Source: Bacteroides sp. (GTDB taxonomy: Bacteria > Bacteroidota > Bacteroidia > Bacteroidales > Muribaculaceae). Taken from it: a DNA stretch of 64,000 nucleotides. The DNA lies in contig JAMPEM010000004.1 of assembly GCA_023665145.1 (NCBI GenBank), forward strand, positions 25,195 to 89,194, given 5' to 3'. Position 1 is the stretch's first letter. Every line of letters starts with the position of its first letter. The notes beneath the pieces were generated by a model that saw only the letters and a program-made list of their open reading frames with translations, was not told the origin of the DNA and ran no database searches. Shown here one piece after another: positions 32,552-41,991 of the stretch. The position numbers and the translations under genes were made by a program.

Positions 32552-34171
32552 TTATTTTTTTATATTGGTTGGCGAATTACCATTCTTTAACTCTTGCAAT
32601 GCCCTTTTTACCACGGTATCTTCACGATTGAGAAATTGATAGCAAGCATCATAACCGAGCGCATCACGAATTATCATGGCTTTAATCTGGCGAAGAAGTT
32701 GGTCATGAGCCAGATTGACATAATACCATCTTGCCTTCTCACCATTTTTTACCACATAAGCCATAAATGTTTCAATCAAAACATCATCATTAGGCATAAT
32801 GCTTGTAAGCTGATCCAGATTTTTCGCTACTTTAAAAAGGTCGCGATATCTATCAGTAAGATCAAATGCAAATTTTTGTACCAGTCCGGAATTGACAAGA
32901 TTGATGTAGTAAGAAGAATAACCGGTGGTATCTTCCGGAATAAAGATGTCCGGCATTATACCGCCGCCACCATATACTTTTCTACCATTTACAGTATGAA
33001 AAAGTTTTGATTTATCTTGTTTTATACTGTCAACATTATAGAATTCGCCATGATTATATCTGTCGATAATATCAAGCTGATATTTACCATCCAAACCACG
33101 TTTATATTCTTTTTGGATAGATCTTCCGGATGGTGTGAAATATCTGGCTACGGTAAGTCGAATTGCAGACCCATCACTAAGATTTGTTTGATTTTGAACA
33201 AGACCTTTGCCAAAAGTACGACGTCCGATAATAAGACCTCGGTCATTATCTTGTATTGCACCTGAGAATATCTCGGAAGCTGATGCTGAATATTCATTTG
33301 TAAGAATCACAAGTTCAGCATCTGTAAACGAGCCACTGCCGTCGCTTATTCCGATTGTTTCATTCTCTGGTGTCCTTGATTTGGTATAGACAATGGTCTT
33401 CCCTGCAGGAAGAAACTCGTTGGCCATATAAATCGCTTGGTCAAGATAACCACCGGAATTGTCACGCAAATCAAGTACAAATTTCTTCGCGCCCTGTGCC
33501 TTAAGTTTTCCTAATGCATTAAAGAACTCTTCGTAAGTGGTGCGTGCGAACTTTGATATTTTGATAAATCCTATACCATTATCAATCATGTATACGCAGT
33601 CTACGCTATTTACCGGTATATCTCCACGAATTACATCAAACTTAATAGGCTTTTTCCCATTACCTCTCTTGACCTCAAGGATTACTTTTGTTCCCTTTTC
33701 ACCTCGCAAATTTTTAAATACATCGTCATTGCTCACCTTCACTCCGGCGAGTTTTTTATCATTAGCTTTAAGAATCCGGTCTCCGGCTTGAATACCAACC
33801 TTGTCTGCCGGACCACCGGGTATAACTTCAATTACAGTTACAGTATCTTTAATAATCTGAAAGGTTACACCGACACCGCTAAAGCTGCCGGCCAAGTCCT
33901 CATTCGCTGCTTTAAGCTCCGACGCCGGAATATATGCGGAGTGAGGATCAAGAGAGGTAAGCAAATCAGGAAAGGCCGATTCAATCAGGCTGTCAACATC
34001 TATTTCGTCCACATAAGTGGCTTGGATAAGTCCAAGAATGTCACGAAGTTTTTTCTCATTGGGACTTAACCTGTCGCTTGATAGAAATCCTCCAATGAAT
34101 ATTCCCGCTAATATGCTTAGGGCAATAACGGTAGGTAACAGTATCAGACTAATATTTCTTTTTTCCTTCAT
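32552..34171 (-). CDS. ctpA: S41 family carboxyl-terminal processing peptidase
   Basis: N-terminal TM anchor, PDZ segment GDRILKANDKKLAG, S41 catalytic region; 539 aa. Confidence 0.9.
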   Translation of the reverse strand: MKEKRNISLILLPTVIALSILAGIFIGGFLSSDRLSPNEKKLRDILGLIQATYVDEIDVDSLIESAFPDLLTSLDPHSAYIPASELKAANEDLAGSFSGVGVTFQIIKDTVTVIEVIPGGPADKVGIQAGDRILKANDKKLAGVKVSNDDVFKNLRGEKGTKVILEVKRGNGKKPIKFDVIRGDIPVNSVDCVYMIDNGIGFIKISKFARTTYEEFFNALGKLKAQGAKKFVLDLRDNSGGYLDQAIYMANEFLPAGKTIVYTKSRTPENETIGISDGSGSFTDAELVILTNEYSASASEIFSGAIQDNDRGLIIGRRTFGKGLVQNQTNLSDGSAIRLTVARYFTPSGRSIQKEYKRGLDGKYQLDIIDRYNHGEFYNVDSIKQDKSKLFHTVNGRKVYGGGGIMPDIFIPEDTTGYSSYYINLVNSGLVQKFAFDLTDRYRDLFKVAKNLDQLTSIMPNDDVLIETFMAYVVKNGEKARWYYVNLAHDQLLRQIKAMIIRDALGYDACYQFLNREDTVVKRALQELKNGNSPTNIKK

Positions 34172-34235
34172 CTATAGTTAATTTATAGACTCTTTTAGTT
34201 ATATCCGGATTGTTTCTCAATGTCAAACTAACTCT

Positions 34236-34709
34236 CTATCCTTCAAATGGAAGATTGGTATCTGTGTCAAATGACAGGGCGGGGTTGGCATCAAGCGGAA
34301 GATGAACGACGTCCACTCCGGCTGCCCTCAATAGATTGAGTCCATCCGTTATCCTGTAAAGTTCGGAGAACACCACTCGTCGTATTCCTGCTTGAATAAT
34401 TAGTTTGGAACATTCCATGCATGGACTCGTTGTGACGTATAAAGTAGAACCTTCGCTTGAGTTGTTACTCCGTGCTACTTTTGTAATCGCATTTGCTTCG
34501 GCATGAAGCACATATGGATGAGTGACACCATCATTATCTTCGCAAATATTTGGGAATCCTGATGGAGTCCCGTTAAATCCATCAGAAATAATGGCTTTAT
34601 CTTTTACAAGAAGTGCGCCTACACGTCGGCGTTTGCAATAAGAATTTTCTGACCATATTTCCGCCATTCTTAGATAACGAAGGTCAAGTATGTATTGTTT
34701 GTCAGTCAT
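34236..34709 (-). CDS. Deoxycytidylate (dCMP) deaminase
   Basis: HAEANAI and SPCMECSK zinc-binding motifs of cytidine/dCMP deaminase family. Confidence 0.85.
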   Translation of the reverse strand: MTDKQYILDLRYLRMAEIWSENSYCKRRRVGALLVKDKAIISDGFNGTPSGFPNICEDNDGVTHPYVLHAEANAITKVARSNNSSEGSTLYVTTSPCMECSKLIIQAGIRRVVFSELYRITDGLNLLRAAGVDVVHLPLDANPALSFDTDTNLPFEG

Positions 34710-34829
34710 CCAAATTTTTTTTATTCACGACTCGTATCATTGATTACAATACAAGCCAAGAATTCGAAATTAATATTTTCAGAACCGGCCTATGATTTAA
34801 CAGACCGATTCTGAAACTATATTTAAATT

Positions 34830-35777
34830 TTAAAGTTCAGCATGTTCCATAAGAAACCTTTCTGCATCAAGAGCGGCACGGCAACCTGTTCCTGCAGCTG
34901 AAATTGCCTGACGATAACGAGGATCTGCCACGTCACCGGCGGCAAATACTCCCTCAATGTTTGTATGAGTGGTAGCACCTTTGACTTTGATGTATCCTTC
35001 ATCATCAAGTTCCACTTGTCCGTCAAGGAATGCAGTATTAGGTTTATGCCCGATAGCAAGGAAGAAACCATCAATTGCTATTTCGAACTCTTCAGCTTCC
35101 GGGGAATCTTTGAAACGTACAATTTTAGCACCTTCCACACCATCTTCGCCAAAAAGACCCACAGTATTGCAATTATAAAGAATTTCAATATTTTCAGTGT
35201 TTTCTACACGTTTCTTCATCACATCTGATGCACGTAAATAATTCTTGCGTACGATAAGATATACTTTATTGGCAAGCGTTGAAAGATAAAGAGCTTCTTC
35301 ACAAGCAGTATCACCACCACCCACTACAGCAACATTCTTCTTTCTATAGAAGAAACCATCACAGGTAGCACATGCGCTTACACCCATACCACGATATTTC
35401 TCTTCATCTGGAAGACCGAGGTATCTGGCTGAAGCACCGGTAGAAATAATCACTGTTTCAGCCACAATAACATTCCCGTCTTCATCCTCACAATAGAACG
35501 GACGCTTACTGAAATCCACTTTTGAAATAATTTTTGATCGAATTTCAGCACCAAAGCGTAGAGCTTGTTGACGTATGTGTTCCATCATTTCCGGCCCCTG
35601 TACACCTTCCGGATATCCGGGGAAGTTCTCAATTTCAGTAGTTTGCGTGAGTTGTCCACCGGGTTGAAGCCCTTCGTAAATGATTGGACGCAAGTTGGCT
35701 CGGGATGCGTAAATTCCTGCTGTATATCCGGCAGGGCCTGAACCTATTATCAGTACTCTTGTTGTTTCTTCTGCCAT
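34830..35777 (-). CDS. trxB: Thioredoxin-disulfide reductase
   Basis: IIGSGPAGYTAGIYA FAD motif, CATCDG redox-active disulfide. Confidence 0.95.
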   Translation of the reverse strand: MAEETTRVLIIGSGPAGYTAGIYASRANLRPIIYEGLQPGGQLTQTTEIENFPGYPEGVQGPEMMEHIRQQALRFGAEIRSKIISKVDFSKRPFYCEDEDGNVIVAETVIISTGASARYLGLPDEEKYRGMGVSACATCDGFFYRKKNVAVVGGGDTACEEALYLSTLANKVYLIVRKNYLRASDVMKKRVENTENIEILYNCNTVGLFGEDGVEGAKIVRFKDSPEAEEFEIAIDGFFLAIGHKPNTAFLDGQVELDDEGYIKVKGATTHTNIEGVFAAGDVADPRYRQAISAAGTGCRAALDAERFLMEHAEL

Positions 35778-35839
35778 AATGAGCTATATTAATTTAGGTA
35801 TTTGTTTTAAAGTAATATTAATGGCGTTTGGTATCGTTA

Positions 35840-36484
35840 TTATCTTAAATCCACAACTTTAACTTTTGGATATTTCTTAGAGGGATATTCAAAATTTGTA
35901 TCAGCGTGTCTTTGATTAGAAACCAAAGACTTAATATTTAAAATTGTTTTATTTCCATCTGATGACGTAACCTCAATTTTCTTCACACTAAGCAACTTTG
36001 CATCAAGAATCACAACAACTCTCTTTATTCCTGAGTTTTTAATCCTCGGTGTCAAAACAATGGTACTGCTTCCTTTGTTCTGCTTTTTGGCAAATGTAGC
36101 GGAGTATGTTGATGTTGAATTTCCTAAAACGGTTATAGGATTAGCCTCTGCCAATTCAGACTGTGTTGGCCTGACCAAAGTAGTTTCCTTGGTAGATGGA
36201 GAGTAGGTCCACATATTGATGCCATTATACCAAACACTGCCTGATGATGTCTGAAGCGCAAATTTTTTACCATTGCTTTTTAGCGACCCATTACCATTAC
36301 CCATTGCACCGGAATATGAGAATGTAACGCTAATTCCTCCTTTGAGATATTTGTTTACTGCAGTTTTTAATTGTTGTTGAGCTGTTTGAGCACCATAACA
36401 ATCTATACTGATGACTGAAATAATGACAACAGCTAATATTGCTCTGAGTATAGTGTACGTATACCTCTTGAACAGCTTCTTCAT
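35840..36484 (-). CDS. LolA-like outer-membrane lipoprotein carrier protein
   Basis: Signal peptide, ~210 aa, beta-rich; immediately downstream of ftsK as in the common ftsK-lolA arrangement. Confidence 0.5.
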   Translation of the reverse strand: MKKLFKRYTYTILRAILAVVIISVISIDCYGAQTAQQQLKTAVNKYLKGGISVTFSYSGAMGNGNGSLKSNGKKFALQTSSGSVWYNGINMWTYSPSTKETTLVRPTQSELAEANPITVLGNSTSTYSATFAKKQNKGSSTIVLTPRIKNSGIKRVVVILDAKLLSVKKIEVTSSDGNKTILNIKSLVSNQRHADTNFEYPSKKYPKVKVVDLR

Positions 36485-36551
36485 TCCGTTTAAATTTTAA
36501 ATATCACAATAATAAGATCTAAGAACACAATAATCTAAGAACACAGATATT

Positions 36552-39308
36552 TTATCTCCGACTCATTATTTCTTCATAAGTCTCTGCGTCCACCAATACT
36601 GTTCTCGGTTTGCCTCCTTGTGACGGCCCTACAATCCCAAGCGCCTCAAGTTGATCCATTATCTTTCCGGCCCTATTATAGCCAATGCTATATCTTCTCT
36701 GCAAAGAAGATGCAGAGGCCTGGTTTGCCATTACAACGCTTCTTCCTGCCTCAACCAAAAGAGGATCATCATCAGTGAATGAGCCACCATATCCATTATT
36801 TCCGCCAACTTCACCATCGTTGACAGAAATTGTCGGTTCGGGTAGGATATAAGCACCCGGTGGATAAGGCTGCCGGGAAATATGATTGACAATGTCTTCA
36901 ACTTCCGGTGTGTCGATAAATGCACATTGTACACGTACTAATCCGGAATTGTTGCTTATCAACATATCTCCTCTACCAATCAACTGCTGAGCCCCGGTTT
37001 GATCAAGTATCGTCTTACTGTCTACCCCGGACGTTACTTTAAATGATATTCGTGCAGGGAAATTTGCTTTTATATTGCCTGTAATAACTTTTGTTGAAGG
37101 ACGCTGCGTAGCAATAATTACATGCATTCCGACAGCTCTTGCTTTCTGTGCCAACCTGGCTATGGGCATTTCAACATCCCTGCCAGCGGTCATAATCAAA
37201 TCAGCAAACTCATCAACAACCACTACGATATACGGAAGAAAACGATGCCCGGAATTCTTATCTAAATATCCTGAAATAACTTTTTCGTTGTATTCTTCTA
37301 CATTACGAGAATTCCCCTTCAGAAGTTTATAGCGGTCATCCATCTCCTTACAGAGAGAATTGAGAGTGGCCACTACTTTATCCATATCCGTTATGATGGG
37401 CTCACTTTCATCCGGAAGCTCCGCAAGATAATGACTCTCCAGCTTGGCATAAAGTGAGAACTCCACCATTTTGGGGTCAATCATCACAAATTTTACCTGC
37501 TCCGGTGTTTTACTATAAAGAAGAGAAGCAATAATCGCATTCAGACCTACAGATTTACCTTGTCCCGTAGCACCGGCAACAAGCAAATGGGGCATTTTTG
37601 CAAGGTCAGCTATGTAGACATCATTTTCAATTGTTGCCCCGAGAGCTATTGGTAATTTATATTTGGAATTCCTAAATTTCTCGCTATTAATAATTGATCT
37701 CATCGAGACAATTTGCGGATCTTTGTTTGCTACCTCTATACCGATAGTTCCACGTCCGGGTATCGGAGCAATTATTCTGACACCAATAGCTGCAAGTCTA
37801 AGCGCGATATCATCAGCCAAATTTATGATTGTATTGACTTTTACCCCTTTTGATGGTACAATCTCATAAAGCGTCACAGTAGGTCCAACAGTAGCATCAA
37901 TGCTGTCTATCGATATATTAAAATCAAGAAGGGTGCTACGAATCCGTTCTTGGTTAGCCAATTGTTCAGTCTTATCAACATTGATACGTTCCTTTCCCGG
38001 ACGAAGTATGTCAATGGGGGGAAAAGTATATGGATGGCGTGTTGGAGATTGTTCCGAAACAGGTTGCGTTTCATCCCCTTGAGCGATAGTATTTGTACGA
38101 ATTTCCATAACTTCCTCGTCCATCTTACTGTTTTGAGTGGATAAGGCATTCGACTCATTCTCTTTGACAGCATCCGATGGAGTGGTTTCACATGTGTCAT
38201 CAGATTCGTCTTCAAGAGAATAATTGCTGCAAGCATCTGTTCCACCAGACTGAAGTCTTTTTATCTCATCTTCATCTGTGAGAACATATGATTCATATTC
38301 CTCTTCCTCGTGAATAATTTCCGCCCCATTTTCAAGAGTCTCCTTGTCTGCAAAATTTAACACGTGCTCATTGACTGTAGCCGTTTCTATTTCAGGAGCC
38401 TCTCCCGAAGCAATAGCCTCATGACGTTCCCTTTCCTCATCTTCCAAGAGGGCTTTTCGTTTTTTCTCTTGTTCCAGCTTTAGAGCCTCAATTTCCGCAC
38501 GTTTTTTGTCACGAATTCGTTTAAGCTTCAGTATCCAATTAGCTATATCCCGAAGACAAATTACAACGAAAACAGCAATCATAAACAAGCATAACATCAC
38601 AGCCCCGGTCCATCCCAAAAATCCAATTACAAATTCATTGATGTACTTGCCATGATATCCCCCCCAATTTACAACAGAATCAAGAGAGAGCGTAAGCAAT
38701 CCCACAATCATTGATAATGCAATGAGAGCGACAATACATTTAATCGTAAAATTAACTGACTTAAAGTGCGGCCGTCCGGTTAACTGCTTTAACGACATCG
38801 CAAAAAGCCAAATAATAATTACAATCGAACCAAATCCGAAAGTGTCGTTGATAAGGAAATTGGCAATTCTTGCACCACCTTCTCCACCGGTATTGGCAGA
38901 GTGCAATCCTTGACCAACCGAAGAACCAGAAACAATACTTTGGTCAGATATGCAAGATGTGAGGTATGAAACAAATGACACACTCAAATAAGCCGCGAAA
39001 AGAGCCATAAAAATACCTAAGATAAGTTTGAGCGTTTTGCCATTAGCCCATTCTTTTACGGTATCTTTAATAGAAAGTGTATCAGCCGACGATTTACGTA
39101 CCGTCTTATTTAATGTCTTTTTCGCAGCCTTACACTTCTTCGATGAAGTATCTATTGCGTTTCTACGTCTATCAGAAGTCTGTTCTTTGACTTTGGCATG
39201 AGACGTATTTTTATTATTATAGCGACCGGTGTCTTGTAAATTCCCGGTCTCTAATATTTCAGAGTCCTCAATTTCCGGACTAAAATTTTCGTATTTCTTC
39301 ATTCTCAA
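36552..39308 (-). CDS. ftsK: DNA translocase FtsK
   Basis: N-terminal TM domain, acidic linker, C-terminal motor with GATGQGKSV Walker A; 918 aa. Confidence 0.95.
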   Translation of the reverse strand: MRMKKYENFSPEIEDSEILETGNLQDTGRYNNKNTSHAKVKEQTSDRRRNAIDTSSKKCKAAKKTLNKTVRKSSADTLSIKDTVKEWANGKTLKLILGIFMALFAAYLSVSFVSYLTSCISDQSIVSGSSVGQGLHSANTGGEGGARIANFLINDTFGFGSIVIIIWLFAMSLKQLTGRPHFKSVNFTIKCIVALIALSMIVGLLTLSLDSVVNWGGYHGKYINEFVIGFLGWTGAVMLCLFMIAVFVVICLRDIANWILKLKRIRDKKRAEIEALKLEQEKKRKALLEDEERERHEAIASGEAPEIETATVNEHVLNFADKETLENGAEIIHEEEEYESYVLTDEDEIKRLQSGGTDACSNYSLEDESDDTCETTPSDAVKENESNALSTQNSKMDEEVMEIRTNTIAQGDETQPVSEQSPTRHPYTFPPIDILRPGKERINVDKTEQLANQERIRSTLLDFNISIDSIDATVGPTVTLYEIVPSKGVKVNTIINLADDIALRLAAIGVRIIAPIPGRGTIGIEVANKDPQIVSMRSIINSEKFRNSKYKLPIALGATIENDVYIADLAKMPHLLVAGATGQGKSVGLNAIIASLLYSKTPEQVKFVMIDPKMVEFSLYAKLESHYLAELPDESEPIITDMDKVVATLNSLCKEMDDRYKLLKGNSRNVEEYNEKVISGYLDKNSGHRFLPYIVVVVDEFADLIMTAGRDVEMPIARLAQKARAVGMHVIIATQRPSTKVITGNIKANFPARISFKVTSGVDSKTILDQTGAQQLIGRGDMLISNNSGLVRVQCAFIDTPEVEDIVNHISRQPYPPGAYILPEPTISVNDGEVGGNNGYGGSFTDDDPLLVEAGRSVVMANQASASSLQRRYSIGYNRAGKIMDQLEALGIVGPSQGGKPRTVLVDAETYEEIMSRR

Positions 39309-39399
39309 CTTTTATCCCCGAGGTGATTAATAATATAATGCATGATGCCACACAAAATTTTAATCCAACGGAACAGAAAGAAAATAGAATTGTCAAGAA

Positions 39400-40434
39400 T
39401 TATTCAGCAGCTTCACTATGTGTCCCCGAAGGTGTAACCGTTGACTCCGATGGCACAGGATTGGTTGGCTTGTGCGTTGACTCTACATTAATATTTTCAT
39501 CAGGAGTACTGATGTCTTGGATTTCTTCTGAATTAACAGCCGTAGAATCATTGGTGACCTTTTCAGATTTTACCCCTCCCTTAGGCTCTGAAATGTTACG
39601 TTGATCCGGTAAATTCTTGAAATAATTTTCCTCATATCCGGTTTTGACAGAATAAATATTCACACCCTCCTTCTCATTAACAGCACGGTCTCTTGGACCG
39701 GGACTGACTATTACTGGAGTTCCTTTTTCTACCATCTTGACGAGTTTTAGAATATTCTCGTTAGTCAATCTGATACATCCATGAGAAGCCCTTCTACCTA
39801 TAGACCCCGGCGCAGCAGTGCCATGCAATCCGATTTGTGTAGTTGTGGGTATTTTCAGACGAATAAATCTTGGACCAAATTGACCTCTTGCGGGACTTGT
39901 ATATCCGTTGTCATTGGTAAACAGCCAGTCAGTACTGTCATAAATACCTTCTACGGAGAAAAAACCCTCAGGCGTTCTGGTGTCTGCCTTCTTATGTTTT
40001 GTTCCGAAATTCCTGGCACACGCTATCCCGTAATTCACCTCTTCCACTCCGTATTTATTATATACAATGACTCTCATTGATCCCTTGTCCACCACAAGAA
40101 ATCTGTCATGAGTATTATTAAGTAATTTCTCTGCATATTCGAGATTATCATTTACCATTGGCCAAATAATACCTCGTTTATATTCAGATACCTTAGGTGA
40201 ATTCTCAATATATTTGATAGCTTGCTCTTTGGTGTCGAAGTGAACATACGGAGTACCATTGTCGCGCTTTGTTGTATCCACTCTTCCTGTGTCGATTACT
40301 TCGGGCATGACAGTAGGGAATGTATCTGCTTCTTCTGTTTTATTTTTTTGGGCACATGAAGCAAACAACAAAGATATGCTCAAAACGTATAAAATTCCAT
40401 ATATATATTGTGAATAAAACGACGTTATTTTCAT
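39400..40434 (-). CDS. L,D-transpeptidase (YkuD family) with Pro/Ser/Thr-rich C-terminal tail
   Basis: HGT...SHGCIRL catalytic motif. Confidence 0.85.
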   Translation of the reverse strand: MKITSFYSQYIYGILYVLSISLLFASCAQKNKTEEADTFPTVMPEVIDTGRVDTTKRDNGTPYVHFDTKEQAIKYIENSPKVSEYKRGIIWPMVNDNLEYAEKLLNNTHDRFLVVDKGSMRVIVYNKYGVEEVNYGIACARNFGTKHKKADTRTPEGFFSVEGIYDSTDWLFTNDNGYTSPARGQFGPRFIRLKIPTTTQIGLHGTAAPGSIGRRASHGCIRLTNENILKLVKMVEKGTPVIVSPGPRDRAVNEKEGVNIYSVKTGYEENYFKNLPDQRNISEPKGGVKSEKVTNDSTAVNSEEIQDISTPDENINVESTHKPTNPVPSESTVTPSGTHSEAAE

Positions 40435-40633
40435 TATTTCATTATTTAATTATGACTCAGTTACGAGGAATGAATTTTTTCATACGCATCTTGTTTAAAG
40501 CACAAAGTTACAACATATAGCGCGTAAATCCAAATAAAAGCATATCATAATTTCATTAAAGTGAATTGAAATACAAAAATTGACTTAAATTCAGATTATA
40601 TTACATAATTTTTTATCAAATATAAATAAAAGT

Positions 40634-40677
40634 AAGACCCTTAGACTCGCGCTTAATTGCCTGATTCTAAGGGTCTT
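40634..40677 (-). terminator. Hairpin (aagacccttaga...tctaagggtctt, 12-bp perfect stem) immediately 3' of tRNA-Ala, followed on the minus strand by a T-rich run
   Basis: Read directly. Confidence 0.6.
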
Positions 40678-40697
40678 GGGGAAGTGGATTGGGGGAG

Positions 40698-40771
40698 TGG
40701 AGCATAGCGGACTCGAACCGCTCACCTCTTGACTGCCAGTCAAACGCTCTAGCCGGATGAGCTAATGCCCC
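40698..40771 (-). tRNA. tRNA-Ala (anticodon GGC)
   Basis: Hand-folded cloverleaf: 7-bp acceptor stem with G3:U70, D-arm GCTC/GAGC with GG loop, anticodon loop CTGGCAG, T-loop TTCGAGT, discriminator A, CCA not encoded. Confidence 0.9.
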
Positions 40772-40791
40772 GTCTTCTTATTTTTTCAGTG

Positions 40792-40823
40792 CAAAAGTAA
40801 TATTTTTTTTTCTATTTTCCAAA
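40792..40823 (-). promoter_or_regulatory. Bacteroidetes-type promoter for tRNA-Ala (minus strand: -33 TTTG at 40823-40820, 20-nt spacer, -7 TACTTTTG at 40799-40792)
   Basis: Read directly; -7 box ends ~20 nt upstream of the tRNA 5' end. Confidence 0.5.
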
Positions 40824-40882
40824 TATTTTTCAGTTTTTTTTATTTTTTGACCACGGAGGAAATGATTTTATATGGTTTTAAA

Positions 40883-41455
40883 TTATTTATTCCAGTTCCT
40901 GGTATATCCTTTAAGAAACTGGGGCATTTCATTTAAATATTCTTGAATACATTTTTTCTCACCATCAAAATCATCAACGACGATGTGTCCATTTTCTTCT
41001 ACCATATTGTATGTGCGCTCATAAGGTTCACATCCCATATTGCTATATAAGATTTTAATCTGAACGTTTCCCGTATTATCCTCTAGTTTAGAAACCGAAA
41101 TAACTTTGAAATCTATATTGCCCCAATCTTGCCCATTAAGCCAAGAATCAGCATCAATTAATGGCTCACCGATCTCTTCACAATATTTATCATTGAGGTA
41201 ATAATATTTGCTCTACATTTCTGCGAGTGATTCGCTGAAAATTGGCTCTTTGTTGGACTTGATATTTCTTTTTTTTATTTCTGATTTGACATTATCGGAA
41301 AATATTCTCTCATATTCCTCTCCATTAAAATCACGAAACGAATTACGCCATGCATTATACAAGCCATCGACATACTTATCCAAATTTTCCTCTTGAAGTT
41401 CATTATTAACTGTAAAAGTAATATCCGTGGTCTCTTTTATGGCATTTCCAGGCAC
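40883..41455 (-). pseudogene. Hypothetical ~190-aa ORF interrupted by an in-frame TAG (41213-41215); upstream frame stays open to 41623 without an ATG
   Basis: Hand translation shows ...FSESLAEM-TAG-SKYYYLNDKYCEEIGEPLIDADSW...KGYTRNWNK* in one frame (41213-40883 = 330 nt). N-part begins at GTG 41455. Confidence 0.5.
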
Positions 41456-41974
41456 AGCTGTTTTGGCACCATTGCTGAATTCACAATTAAAACCGTAAAT
41501 ATCAACAGTATTGTAAATCGACCGAAACTCCTTTTGGAAAGGATAGCTTTGGTTAAGTGACGATTTGACTAAATTGATTCGATAGATTGTATCTTCATTA
41601 GTGATAATAATTTTTAGCGTGAATTATTTTATTTTTGAGTATAATGCTGCAAAATTACAAATCCCATCCAAAATTTGCAACTTCCATGCAAAAAATTTAA
41701 TCCATCTTTGTATACAATATTGACATATAGTTAGATAAGAGTAATCGAAGATATGGGTATTGTTAGCGGGTATTTCTGCGTTAAGGATTTTTTAACAATA
41801 CAGATACAGGATTTGACTGGGATCAATTTTATGATATATATGAATGGTTGGGAGTAATCTTCAAAGTCTGCGATAATCCGAAATATAGCCATGAATATGC
41901 ATCAGTTTGCTTAGATGCCACATTGTTATATGGAGTTTTCAAAATATGGCGTTGCTCAAGTCAAGGATTTTTAG

Positions 41975-41982
41975 TAATTTTG
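41975..41982 (+). promoter_or_regulatory. -7 box TAATTTTG 9 nt upstream of the lepA ATG (with GTTGC about 19 nt further upstream)
   Basis: Read directly; supports start at 41992 rather than 41848. Confidence 0.45.
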
Positions 41983-41991
41983 CAATCACTT

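Noticed and set aside
40698-40771. Possibility that the Ala-like RNA is the tRNA-like domain of tmRNA
   Set aside because: The sequence folds into a complete 74-nt cloverleaf with a normal anticodon stem-loop (GGC); tmRNA lacks this.
40435-41000. Integrative element inserted at tRNA-Ala
   Set aside because: No integrase, no recognisable repeat of the tRNA 3' end, and flanking genes are core (L,D-transpeptidase, lepA).
41848-41991. N-terminal 48-aa extension of lepA from ATG 41848
   Set aside because: A -7 promoter box at 41975-41982 and the conserved LepA N-terminus [19 protein letters not shown] support the ATG at 41992.
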